Below, piece after piece: positions 51,211 to 63,478 of a stretch of DNA of 64,000 nt. Source of the DNA: Eledone cirrhosa (taxonomy: Eukaryota); contig OZ024741.1 of NCBI GenBank assembly GCA_964016885.1, positions 66,402,001-66,466,000 of the forward strand, written 5' to 3'. Both the position numbers and the translations under genes were made by a program. How positions within the stretch are numbered: position 1 is the stretch's first letter; each line of letters starts with the position of its first letter. The notes below the pieces were generated by a model. That model was not told where the DNA came from and searched no databases. It saw nothing but the letters and a program-made list of their open reading frames with translations.

Positions 51211-51770
51211 GTCTCATGGTCGGGTCATTGGCGACTAAACTGGCAACCCCACCAAGGTTTCTTGGTGAGGAGGGTGACTTTGGACATCCTGCAGGACTAA
51301 AAACAAAACCTGTCAAAGGGCAAAGGAGCTCTTAAGAGTCAATGGCCATCCAAAATCACCGGGAGAGATGACCCCTTAGCCTTTGTCAAGGCAGAATTCT
51401 AGTAGAAGGAAAACTCTGATATAACACCTGCAACCCTGATGGTATCCAATGATGTTGACCTGTTCTTCTTTTTGGTAAATATCATCTAAGTTAAGAGAGT
51501 GGGACTGGCTTTGTGCAGTGCCTTTGCTCACTATAAAAGCTTCACGGCACAGGCATTGCTTTATATCTAGAGATCTCTCTGCACTTGTCGTCACATGGTA
51601 CCATGGACCTGGCAATATGTGTCAATAATTGTCACAAGTGTAGTGTTTGTACCAGAGTTTTCAAGTCGCTGGCTGGACTAAAAAGTCACACTCGTTCAGC
51701 GCATCAGTAGGGGTTCTCCTACACGGATATGAAGTAGTGGCCGTACTCGAAAACGAGTTGGCAGCCACCA
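51211..51770 (+). mobile_element. Short non-autonomous RTE-like element with a (TATG)n tail
   Basis: 3' part encodes HKCSVCTRVFKSLAGLKSHTRSAH* (terminal C2H2-like motif as in RTE ORFs), followed by a short UTR and (TATG)n; a structured 5' part precedes it. Confidence 0.6.
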
Positions 51771-51890
51771 TGTATGTATGTATGTATGTATGTATGTATG
51801 TATGTATGTATGTATGTATGTATGTATGTATGTATGTATGTATGTATGTACGTACGTGTATATATGTTTGTATGTATGCATATATGAATG

Positions 51891-52111
51891 TTCTTCTTGT
51901 TTTATAATTTCACACATTTTTTCAGAGAGAGAGAGTCGGTTTCTAACATAGACACAATACTCTCTCATTGGAATTTACACAACATCAACTAGGTAGATAT
52001 GCATGCCCCAATAATCACAGGCATAAATCTGAAGGTGTAATCAGGGTGGATTATCTGCAGATTTCTCATCAGTTCTGCATGAATATTCTCCTTTTCCCTA
52101 ATCTTTGATAT

Positions 52112-52114
<3 letters not shown>
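51891..52114 (-). mobile_element. R4 copy B: short 3' fragment with an internal deletion
   Basis: Homologous to the 3' end of copy A; TATG repeats on both sides. Confidence 0.8.
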
Positions 52115-52143
<29 letters not shown>

Positions 52144-52210
52144 TGTATGTATGTATGTATGTATGTATGTATGTATGTATGTATGTATGTATGTATGTAT
52201 GTATGTATGT

Positions 52211-53100
52211 TCTTCTGGTTTTATAATTTCACAAAGTTTTACCAATAGAGAGAGAGTCGGTTTCTAACATAGACACAAGACACTCTCATTGGAATTTACA
52301 CAACATCAACTAGGTAGATATGTATGTATGCATGCATGTGTAGATATGGATGTTATTGTATGTGTGGATGTGGATGTTTTGAGTTGTATGTGTGCATGTG
52401 TATATGCTTTGTATCTGTACATGTGTATATGCAGTTATTAGATGCAACATTTTTGGAATGTTTTACATATTTTTACTGTTCCATTAATGGATTGTACTTG
52501 TAGTTTCCTAACTAGTTGTGTTCTTTCTGTTCATGTGAAGCCTAGCTTCTCAAGATTTGTATTGAGGCAGTTACTAACATATCCCAGTGCCCCAATAATC
52601 ACAGGCATAAATCTGAAGGTGTAATCAGGGTGGAGTATCTGCAGTTCTGCATAAATATTCTCCTTTTCACTAATCTTTGATATTATATTGGCATCTGCTG
52701 GGCAGCTAATTTATACTACTGTGCATGTTTTCTTCTCCCTGTCCCATATCATAATATCTGGTCTGTTATGCCTGCATTTTATTGGGGTTTTTACTGGAAC
52801 ATTCCACCAGTACTCTTTCATATTATGTACATGGATGTCTTCCACATTGTTGTAGCTTTTAATGTGTTTATTATCGAGGCTATCTTTTTTACGAACTGCA
52901 TTGTACAGTGTTTTGGCCACTACATCATGCCTCATAGGTAGATAGTACCGCGATGACATCTTTGGACAGCTGCTGATGACATGGGTGATATCCTCGATGT
53001 TAGTTCTGCAGAGTCTGCACTTGTTATCACATCTAGGTGTTTTGCCTGCATCCCTATCTCTTTTGTGAATCAGGTATTTCGTGCTAATCTCCTGTTCTTG
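52211..53100 (-). mobile_element. R4 copy C: 5'-truncated
   Basis: Near-identical to 46953-47850; (TATG)n on both sides. Confidence 0.88.
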
Positions 53101-53124
53101 TATGTATTTATGTATGTATGTATG

Positions 53125-53366
53125 TGAAGCTTTTATAGTGAGCAAAGGCATTGCTTTATATCTGGAGATCTCTCTTCACTTGTCGTCACATGGTACCATG
53201 GACCCAGCACTATGTGTCAATAATTGCCACAAGTGTAGTGTTTGTACCAGAGTTTTCAAGTGGCTGGCTGGACTAAAAAGTCACACTCGTTCAGCGCATC
53301 GGTAGGGGTTCTCCTACATGGATATAAAGTAGTGGCCGTACTCGAAAACGAGTTGGCAGCCACCAT
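53125..53366 (+). mobile_element. Second RTE-like 3' fragment with a TATG/TCTG tail
   Basis: Homologous to 51537-51770. Confidence 0.7.
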
Positions 53367-53397
53367 GTATGTATGTATGTCTGTCTGTCTGTATGTA

Positions 53398-53436
<39 letters not shown>

Positions 53437-53495
53437 ATGTATGTATGTATGTATGTATGTATGTATGTACGTGCATGTATGTATATATGTATGTA

Positions 53496-53942
53496 TCTTA
53501 ATTTAATTTCGAGTACATTTTTGATCGGCCACCTTCCTGTGAAAAGAAATTGTCATCCATTGAATCACAAGAATGTTTCGCAAATTTTGAAGGTGCCGGA
53601 TATCGCGGCTATTTGTAGTCTATGAATTAGGGAGCTGCGCTCTTTTTCCACAAATCCAAGTTCAGTTATACTTTGGTCCAAGCGGGTTGGTATATAACCT
53701 GTAGCTCCAATAATAATGGGCATGAAGCTGAAGGTGCATCTTGGAGACTGAACCTGCAAACTCCTCATCAAAAGTCCGTAGATGTCCTAAGTGCCATCTA
53801 TCTCAACATATTCCTCCTCATTTGATTTTAATATCACAACATGTCTTATAGGGAGGTAGTAACAAGACGACATTCTTTCACAGTTGGCAATAATGTGACT
53901 AGCATCTTCGATCTTTGTTTTACATAGCTTATATTTATTGTC
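53496..53942 (-). mobile_element. 3' fragment of a second R4-like family
   Basis: KLCKTKIEDASHIIANC..RH and PIIIGATG..LQIAAISGT; the 3' end runs into TACA repeats. Confidence 0.72.
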
Positions 53943-54317
53943 GGTGAGATTTGAACTCAGAACGCAAAGAACCATAAACTCTAAGCAAAGCATGCCGTCC
54001 AACGCTCTACCGATTCTGCCAATCCAACAATGGTTTCTAGCATAGAAATAAACTCTGTACTTTATTTCATTTAACTCAGTAAAAGGAACGACAACGTTGA
54101 CCTCAATGAGATTTGAACCTAGATCTTCAAGAAACCTAAATAAATACCAATTTCACTGCTATTCATAAGGATCTTTTAAACATCAGATGAATTCCGCGAA
54201 TTATCAGAGTCGTTAAGGAGTCGGATTAAAAATGTTTCCATAATACTTCAATAATTAATTTATTTATGATAAAAACTGTATAAACATGATATTATTTACA
54301 GTAACAATAATAAGAAT

Positions 54318-54503
54318 AATTGTTTCTACTTTAGGCACAAGGCCAGCAATTACCAAGTGCATTACTGGTACTTTATTTTATCGACCCCGTAAGGATGAAA
54401 GGTAAAGTTAACCTCGGCGGAATTTGAACTCAGATCATAAAGGACCGTAACTCTATGCTGCAAAGCATGGCGTCCGACCCTCTACCGATACTGCCAATCC
54501 ACC
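54318..54503 (-). mobile_element. Full-length SINE (further degenerate pieces at about 53943-54140 and 55460-55550)
   Basis: Closely matches 25582-25766. Confidence 0.85.
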
Positions 54504-54683
54504 ATAATAATAATGATGACAACTATAATGATGGCAATATTAATAAAAAAGGAAACTAAAGGAAAGAAAGAATAGAGAAAAAAGAGAGAAAGAAGAAAAA
54601 TAACGGGAAGAGGAGGGGATGGCAAGAGATCTGGTGTCGCAGAAGAGAGGGGAGGGATGAAGGGGGTGGGTGATTGGGCTGAG

Positions 54684-54812
54684 GATGATTGCTAATGATT
54701 CCCGCTGCAACAGCCAGCCAACCTCACGGGGCTCCCTCCTCCGATCTTGAGGAGGAGCTCGGCAGTACGGGGTCCAAGTACGCCTGAGGTCTCGACAGCG
54801 ACCGGTGCGAAG
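54684..54812 (-). mobile_element. CRE-clade 3' fragment
   Basis: EPREVGWLLQRESLAII, homologous to 44730-44870. Confidence 0.65.
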
Positions 54813-55132
54813 AGTAATTGGTCCGACTCTTTTTGCTCTAAGCTTAAATCCCCTTGAGACCAACTTTAATGTTCATCTTTTCTAGACCGATAAATAATTA
54901 TCAGTCCATACAAGGGTTAATTCTTCCTCTTTATCACTTACTCTCTCTGTCTCTCTCTTTCTTTCTCTGGAAGAAATCGGTTGCGTCATAACCTGAGAGA
55001 GGTTGGAACTCCACCAGGCTTAAAATTCTTAAGACACACTGTGTGTCAGGATGGCACTACTGTGACTCCCTCATGATTTAGAGGTTTCAACTAGTAGTAG
55101 TAGTAATAGTAGTGGTAGTAGTAGAACATTTT

Positions 55133-55430
55133 AAGAAGAAGAAGAAGGAGAAGAAGAAGAAGAAGAAGAAGAAGAAGATAAAGAAGAAGAAGAAGAAGAA
55201 TAAGAAGAATAAGAAGAAGAAGAATAAGAAGAAGAAGAAGAAGAAGAAGAAGACGAAGAAAAAGATGAAGAAAATGAAGAAGAAGAAGAAGAAGAAGAAG
55301 AAGAAGAAGAAGAAGAAGAAGAAGAAGAAGAAGAAGAAGAAGAAGAAGAAGAAGAAGGCGGAGGAGGAGTAGGTGAAGAAGAAGAAGAAGAAGAAAAAGA
55401 AGACGCAGAAGGAGGAGGAGGAAGAGGAAC
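55133..55430 (+). repeat. (AAG)n tract
   Basis: Read directly from the sequence. Confidence 0.95.
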
Positions 55431-55699
55431 ATCACGTCAGTGTTTGAATACTATCTTACGTAAAAGTAGATTTGAATTCAGAACAGTAAAGAGCCCTGTC
55501 TAAACACTACAAGGCGTTTTCTCCGTAGCTCTACCGATTCTGCCACCCTATCGTCCTTTCACTGTAAATAACAACAAAACTACATGCTCATCTTTGTGTA
55601 CAAATATAATGGGTAGATAAATAGATAGAAAAGTAGACGGATAGACATCTCTCTATCTCACTCTCTCTCGCTCGTTCTCTCTCTCCCTTGCTCTCCCCC

Positions 55700-55727
<28 letters not shown>

Positions 55728-55730
<3 letters not shown>

Positions 55731-55951
55731 GGAACGAGTAGGACCCCGACGGCTGAGCTCAAGCTGTTTCGACGGCTAATTCTGGAGATTCCAACCAGAA
55801 TGGTTGCATTTTTTAAGGGTATGTCAATATCTATTTATAAAACTAACCTATATTATATTTTATCTGATGAAAGCGCACCATAGTTTACCTTGGTGGCCCT
55901 TGAAATATGTATAATGAAATAAATAGGGTTTATAAATATAGTTTCCATTTG

Positions 55952-55998
<47 letters not shown>

Positions 55999-56187
55999 CG
56001 AAGGAAATGTGGTAAGGAACCAGGTGGACCATAACGCACCAAAGTACTCAATACTTGAGGTAGTAGAGTGGGTAATAGGAACCAGTAAGACCCCGACAGC
56101 TGAGCTCAAGCCGTTTCGACGGCTAATTCTGATCTCAGAATTAGCCGTCGAAACGGCTTGAGCTCAGCTGTCGGGGTCTTACTGGTT

Positions 56188-56192
<5 letters not shown>
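55728..56192. mobile_element. PLE pLTR cluster in (TA)n: A(-)/B(+) chimera, then an A(-)/A(+) palindrome
   Basis: Homologous to 17241-17790; hammerhead-like B motif at 55864-55911; 58-bp perfect arms at 56075-56192. Confidence 0.75.
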
Positions 56193-56260
<68 letters not shown>

Positions 56261-56431
56261 ATGTATATATATATAATTATATTTATTATAATAACAGATT
56301 AAAGTTTAAGCAAAGAATCGCTGCTTTCACCCTTAACGGGATCTTCTGAAACTAACAAAGTCAATCTGTGAACGCAGAAGTGAATATTTCAAAAAACGTT
56401 GCAGCCGGAGGAAGACAGGAAGACGATACTT

Positions 56432-56713
56432 TGGTTCGTGGAAACGTTCCCTGGCAAAGAACGGGAAAAAACGAATATAATACGTCATTATGTGGAGCAG
56501 TGAAAAACAATTACACGCAAAGACAAAACCACGTTTATGGTATAACTGAAGTCGTAGACTAATATTCTATTAGGTGGTTCATAGAGACGTTCTCTGGCAA
56601 TGAACGGAAAAAACGAATTAATACTTCATATATGGAGCGGGAGAACAATTGCACGCAAAGACAAAACCACGTAAATGGTATAACTGGAGTCGTAGACTAA
56701 AATTCTAACTAGG
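56432..56713 (+). repeat. Diverged direct duplication of about 140 bp
   Basis: Units 56432-56574 and 56575-56713 share GCAAAGACAAAACCACGT and GGTATAACTG.AGTCGTAGACTAA. Confidence 0.85.
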
Positions 56714-57085
56714 AAACCGAATGATTCTCGGCTTCAGAGTTAAGAATAAAGTAAATAAAATACAGAAGTAATTGAAATTAAATAAATACATACACGCATC
56801 CATATACGTACATACACAAGCATACGCCAAAACTCTCGCCGTAGGTATACAAATACACGCAGGTACACACAAAAAAAAAATTATTATTATTATTATTATT
56901 ATTATTGAATGCCATGGTTGACGGAGGCTAGGCTCTGTAAGGTATTGTAAATTTTAACCGCTATAACAATCGTAAATTGTTTAAAACGTGAGAGGGGTCT
57001 TTCTGCCCATTATTTGGCCCTTCGGGGTTAAATAACCGCTTATTAGGGTTTTGTGCCCAATATTTATTTTAAACCCCAAAAAAAC

Positions 57086-59198
57086 ATGGCTACAAAAAAG
57101 AATTTTCACAAGTCACTCCCACTCATTCCGTCTTCTTCTTCCTCAATCGTCACTACACCAGAGAGAAGATTGTCTCTCTCCCTCCCTTCTCTAAATGTGT
57201 CTCTCTCCCTCCCTTCTCTTTCGCAAGCGACGCCAGTAAAGAAAAATAGTTTCCAAAATCACATGCAAAACGTGGAACATTTCTCCACGACGACGACGAC
57301 AACGACGAAAAAGGTGTGCGGTAAATACGAAAACCCATTTCATTCGTCTGACGTCATGAATAATAGCAGTAGCAGCCGTAATAACAGCAGCAGCAGCAGC
57401 AACAGTGACAAGGAAAACAACAGTAGCAGCCGCAACATCATCAGCAGCAGTATAAACAACAACAGCATTAGCAGCAACAGCAACAACAACAGCAGCAGCA
57501 GCAGCAGCAACAACAACACCGATCACAGCAACAGGGGCGGCGGCAGTCGTAGTACCAGCAGCAACAGCAAAAGTAACAGCAGCTCTGACGACGACAACAA
57601 CAACAACAAAGAAAAACAAATCTCGTTTGCAGGTATCGCAAAGAACCTGGAAACCATCCTTATAACAAATGAGGAATTACAGGAAGCAAAGAAGATGGTG
57701 ACGAAAACCGGACACCGAGCAATCTGCAAGGCAGCCGAAAACTTTTCGAAACCCAACAGCACTGTACGGTCACGTACCGTACAGTAAGCACAAAATCCCG
57801 TAGGGTTGAAAGGGCCACAGAGGCTCAAATACAAAAAGCCTTAGGGTCTGTGTGGCAGCAGAAAACGCATATCACCCGAGGCAAGAAATATGCCACTGTG
57901 GACGTGCTTTTTGCCACACCCCAGGAGGCAAAGGCTCAATCCTTAGTGACCATAAGGAGCGAGGAAATGGTGTTGGTGCCCTCCTACTGCGGATAAAAAA
58001 TTGTGAGGGTCAAACTGACCCACGTCCCCCCGCGTCTGTCCTCGTCGGAATCAAGGACAAAACAACTGTACTGCAAGTACAGAAAAAAGTACGAGAAGAT
58101 TGGGTCGTCACCTCCATTGAGATGTTAATCCAAACCAACCAGGAGTGCATCGAAGCTATCCCGGATGTGATAGACTTCGATAACGGCACTCAACTGCCCA
58201 TAAGTGTTGAAGGCAAACGCCCGAAATGCTTTCGCTGTGGATCGAAGACTCACCTCAGGGCCTTCTGCAATGAGAACACCCTGAGAAAGGAGAAAACCCC
58301 TCTCCTTCCGAAACCGGCTCCACTGCTACCAGCAACAGGACAGGCGGCAACCAGGAAGGATAGGTCCGTGGCACCCATACCCACGCCACGGAAATCAAGA
58401 ACAGCAGCAGCAGTGGAAGTATTAACAACAACAATAGCAATACCAACTGCAGCTGCAACAGAGACTCCACTGCAAACATCACCAACACCAACAAGTAAAA
58501 GAGTGGAGCTGGTACCCCTCCCCGACCTCACAGAATCGGATATGGAATGTGAGGTGGGAGAGGGATGGCAAAAGGTCTCAAGAAGGCACAAACGCAGAAG
58601 TAGCGCATCGTTGCCTTCGAAAAGGGAGGAAAGAAACGAAAAAAGGGTAAAGGCTACTGCAAAAAGATTTACAGCAGCAACACCACCAACACCACCAACA
58701 CCATCACCACCCACACTAGCACCAAAATAACCAACGGCGGCAACCCCACCGCCAACAACAACAACACCTTCAACACCACCACCACAAGCACCAACATCGC
58801 AAACACAACAACGACAAGAAAATAGCAGAACCACACCCCACCCCCAGAAAAACAAATGCACAGCAATAAATACACACAAGAAATTAATGACTTACATAAT
58901 TGAACACACAGACATTTCACAGCACGACTACATAATACCAGCACCAATCAAAACACCAACGAACATAAGACTGGTAAAAATAGCACAGAAACAATACACA
59001 AACATTAAAACGAAATTCCCCAACGCAGTTGGTGATTTTAGAGACCTAGGAGGGACTCTCAACCGGAGGGTATATTCGGATATACTCACAGAAGAGCCGA
59101 TGACCAGCCGAAGGGGCGATTCAACGGTCCCTTCACCAGACGATCAAGTGAAAAGGGAGGGTGAAACCATCCTTCCTCTGCGAGAAGAAGTAAGGTAA
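57086..59198 (+). pseudogene. ORF1 with CCHC knuckle, frameshifted
   Basis: ISFA and ISVEGKRPKCFRCGSKTHLRAFC motifs homologous to copy 3 ORF1; split over several ORFs. Confidence 0.8.
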
Positions 59199-59232
59199 GT
59201 GGTCTTTCCCATCTTTTCCACTCCATTTCAAC

Positions 59233-62200
59233 ATGACCTCACTCAGAATAGGCAGCATAAATGCGCGTGGCTTGGGGTCGTCATAGAAGCAGGGCCACCT
59301 GCTCAACGACCTCAGGTCACTAAACATAGATGTAGTGGCCATCAGCGAGACTAGAATCTCCGAAGCACGGGCCTTCGCACCGATCTTCGGCGGCTACGAT
59401 GTGTACGCATCTCCCAGCCGTCCTGGATCGGGGGGAGGAGTTGCTGTGCTTTATCGGAGAGGTTTGGATCTCGCCATACGGGCCATCTTCCTGGACCCAG
59501 AAGGTAAGTTGGTGGTGCTGGACGTGACCAGCGGAGAAGGGCAAGCTTTCAGGCTAGTGGCCGTCTATGCCCCGACAGGAGCAGGGCGGCCTGATTTCTT
59601 CCGGCGTCTGGAGACCTTTCTAGGAACGTCCTGCTCTTTAGTGTTAGTGGGCGACTGGAACGGGATCTTAGATTCACGCTGGGGCTGTGTGGGATTAGCG
59701 GATAGGGGAGGAGGGTGCAAGAGCCTCACCAAACTGCTCAGGCGTTTTGAACTGTCTGACAGGTACCGATTGTATTTCCCGAATGTGCCAATGTGGACAA
59801 ATCGTATCGGGTCATCCAGATCATATCTAGATAGAGTATTTTGTAGGGAAATAGATAGGTCTAGCATAAGCTGTCCACAATTCAAGATAGTCAGCTACAC
59901 GGACCACAAATTCGTGATCTGTGTGCTTGACTTAGATAAGCTTCATAGACGAGGACCCGGCTACTGGAAGCTAAACGCGTCCTTACCAGCGCGCAAGGCC
60001 TACAGAGAACTATTAGCGAACTAGTTAAGCGAGCGTTGACGGGGGCCATCGTCAATAACAAATGGTGGTTTGCTCTGAAAAGAGCGATTAGAATAGAGTC
60101 CATTAGGTTTAGTAAGGCTTTAGCTATAGAGAAAAATAGAGCAGAGGGAGAACTAGTTAGAAAATTAGACGAGGCGCTTAGCAAGGCATCGCGACCGACG
60201 TACTTGCGGCGAAATTGGCCCTTGACCAATTCTTCAATGCAAAGGACGAAGGCTGCGTTGTCAGATTTAGGGTGCGTGCTCTCAGACACGAGGGGACGAA
60301 AGCCGTTCAATGGGCCTGAGTGGCGGAGGCGCGTCGTGGCAACAAAGCCACGATCCGGTCTTTGGTGGACCACGACGGGCGCATGCTACTCGATCCCGGG
60401 CAAATGTGTGAAACTTTTCAGCGACACTTCGCTCAACTGTTCGGGGGCAGCGGCGGGCCGGATCGAGGGATGGACTTTAGTGTCTACCTCGACGGACTGC
60501 CGCAGCTCTCGGCCACTGAGGCGGAGTGTTGCGAAAAGCCGATAACAGCCGCTGAAGTACGGGAGGCAATGACTGGCTGCACAAGAGGTAAATCGCCTGG
60601 TTTGGATGGTCTGCCATATGAACTTTACGTACAAATGCCAGACTTGTTCGGAGGCCTCTTGGCGGACGTCTACTGCAACTGGCAACAGAACGGGAGAAAT
60701 CCCAGCTCTGTGAGCCGAAGAGCGGTGGCGTTGCTGAGAAAGGATCCAAACAAGGGGGATAACATAGATAATTTCAGGCCCATAACTCTGCTAAACACAG
60801 AGTTCAAGATTTTGGCTAAGGTGCTAGCAAAGAGGTTGGCGCTTGTCGTTGGTGGTCTGGTTGGAGAGGCGCAGACATGCGCCATTCCCGACAGATCCAT
60901 CAAACGACAACCTCCACCTCATGCGATACATCGTAGAGAGGGTAGCTAGGGAACCTGGCACGAGTGGGTCCTTGATCAATCTAGATCAGTCGAAAGCTTT
61001 CAATAGGGTCGACCATCGTTACCTAGCGGCAGTCCTGAGGGCGGCTGGCTTTGGGCCCGTCTTCAGAGGCTGGATCGCTGCCATGCACAGCGACATCTGC
61101 TCTGTGGTGAAAGTGAACGGTCACCTTTCGGAAGCGTTCAACATCATGCGCTCGGTCCGCCAAGGATGTCCCCTCTCGTCCCTCTTGTACCTATTGACTC
61201 TCGAGCCATTACTGCACAAACTGGAGACGTTGAGGGGCGTCCCGCGCGAACTAGGATGCGGAAGATCCGTGTCAGCATATCCGGACGATGTCACCGTAGT
61301 GGTGTCGAACGCCAAACACACTGAAGCGATCAGTACTACACTAAGAGAATACGAAGCGGTGACAGGAGCAATGATCAACCAGGAAAAGTCAGTGGGCCTG
61401 CAGCGCATAACCTGGAGAGGCAGGTCCATGCCGTCCAACAGCGTCGTCGGACGCTGGACGGGCGGACCGGTTAAATTGCTAGGGGTCTGGTTCGGTCCGA
61501 ACCTCCAGACGGACAAAAACTGGGACGAGGTGACGAGCAGGGTGGCTTCTCTCACCCAGAAATGGGCGGAGAGGAAGCTATCCCTGAAAGGTCGAGCGGA
61601 GGTGGCTAACGCGTACATCGCGTCTGTCATCTGCTACCGCCTGACCGTTGTACCTTGTCCTAAGCCCCGCCTGACTGCGCTGGAGCGTTTGCTCTTTCGC
61701 TTTTTGTGGAAGGGACGCGCTCCGATGGTCAGGCGGTCCATCTGTTGTCAACACCCGCTACGTGGAGGGCTGGGCATGCCGTGGCTGATGATGCGCAGAC
61801 ACGCGCTCAGGCTACAACATCTCCACCTCTTCCTCGACGGTGATCAGATGTGGTCGCCGTTTGCTAGACACGTCTTTCCCCAGCTCGTTTCCTTGACGGA
61901 GCTGCAGTCCTGGGTCAAGCGAAGACCGAGAAGGAGCGCTTGGAGACTGGAATGTCTTCAGGCGCTCACAGCCCTCGACCAATCGGGCAATGTGATCGGT
62001 TGAAACTCCACCGCGGCGTTCTATAGAGGATTAGTGGAGGGGAAGAGCGACGACGTACTTGGGGAAACTCTAGGCATCGACAAAAATCAACTAGCCAATC
62101 TCTTCGGAAAAACTTTCGAGCCGGGTCCTATGGACAACTTCCAGAAATCCCTGGCCTTGCAGTGCTACAGAGGAGCCTTGCCAGTTCGGGATAAATTCTA

Positions 62201-62619
62201 CAGGCATGGAGGTGGCGCAGGGCGACGAAACCCTCCTGCACGCACTCGTCCAGTGTCCGAGAACTGCTGACTTGCGGGTTTATGTCGAACACCTGCTGTC
62301 ACGTGTAGGACGGATCCGGCTATCAGCTGAGTCCATCGTGAGGATTGTCCCGCCCTCTTCCTTTAGCCGAGAAGGGCAGGCAGTTTTTATCTGTCTGGTG
62401 GCCATGGCGAAAGAGATAGTATGGTGGACACGTTTGAAAGGGCTGAAGACGAGCACTTACCTCTTCGGTGATGCCCTGATTAACTTTTTCAAATTTCATT
62501 TGAAAAGGAAAATCAGGGTAGAGAGGGAAGTGCTCTCTTCCCAGCATTTTGTTGAAAGATGGGTAAAAGAAGCAAGTATGGCCCGTGTGAATGGGCCTAC
62601 TCTGAGTATCTGTCTGTAA
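59233..62619 (+). pseudogene. ORF2 EN-RT with premature stops and frameshifts
   Basis: MTSLRIGSINARGLGSS*KQ; GDWN; YTDH; YPDD in place of YADD; split over at least 5 ORFs. Confidence 0.9.
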
Positions 62620-62949
62620 ATTAAAGGTGGAAAACTGGGAGAGGGCACTTGCCCTGGTGGTCAGGGTCACTGTGGCCTTTTAATGGGCTTTCTCCACAAA
62701 TGTCCCTCGGAAGTCTCCCCCCTATTGGGGAATTTTTCATTGTTATTTTTTATTACATCCTCTGTTTTTGTTTTTTGCACGCAGAAATGCCCATTTGTAC
62801 CGTCCTGTATTGTCCTGTACTGTCCTTAATGTCTACTTTATGTAAACCCTTGTGGTTAATAAAGAAATCATTATTATTGTTATTACTCTTTGAGTCTCAG
62901 TCATTGATGTTATTATTATTATTATTAATATTATTATTATTATTATTAC

Positions 62950-63013
<64 letters not shown>

Positions 63014-63228
63014 TATCGTTGCATTACCATCTTTGTTTGTTTACTGTCTCGCTCGTTCCCCCTATTTACGTGTCCCAACGACTTTCTTTAGCCGTTGCTC
63101 GCACCAACCAAAGGTATATGATCTTTAAAGCGATGAAATACCAATGAAGGCTGGAAGATCACTGATGAAGGACTAAATTTATTCATATGTAACCCATTTG
63201 CAACCACGCAGCACGCTATGTTTTCATA

Positions 63229-63300
<72 letters not shown>

Positions 63301-63400
63301 TATTGAAATTTCCGTTGGAAACAGAAAAGGTCATAGAAATGAAGAGTGCTCTATGTAAGTATCAGAGCAAAATATAATGTATAAAAATCAATACAATATA

Positions 63401-63478
63401 ATTACCTCATTACCAGAGGTTTCCCGAATGAGGCGAATACGAAATAAACGACTTCATTCGTTCGTCAGACGAGGCAAT
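63401..63478 (-). ncRNA. Type I hammerhead ribozyme
   Basis: ATTGCCTCGT-CTGACGA-A-CGAATGA/TCATTCG-G-GAAA-CC-TCT-GG-TA-ATGAGGTAAT: 10-bp stem I, 7-bp stem II, GUA cleavage triplet. Confidence 0.78.

Larger units (their letters stand above)
56907..62868 (+). mobile_element. Full-length decayed Tx1-clade element (copy 5) flanked by (TTA)n
   Basis: (TTA)n at 56881-56906, then ORF1 and ORF2; 3' end CCCTTGTGGTTAATAAAGAAA followed by CATTATTATT. Confidence 0.9.

Noticed and set aside
55091-55435. Poly-Lys and poly-Leu ORFs
   Set aside because: Translation of the (AAG)n microsatellite.
63160-63190. CTGATGAAGGAC half-core
   Set aside because: No complementary stem II strand or GAAA follows.
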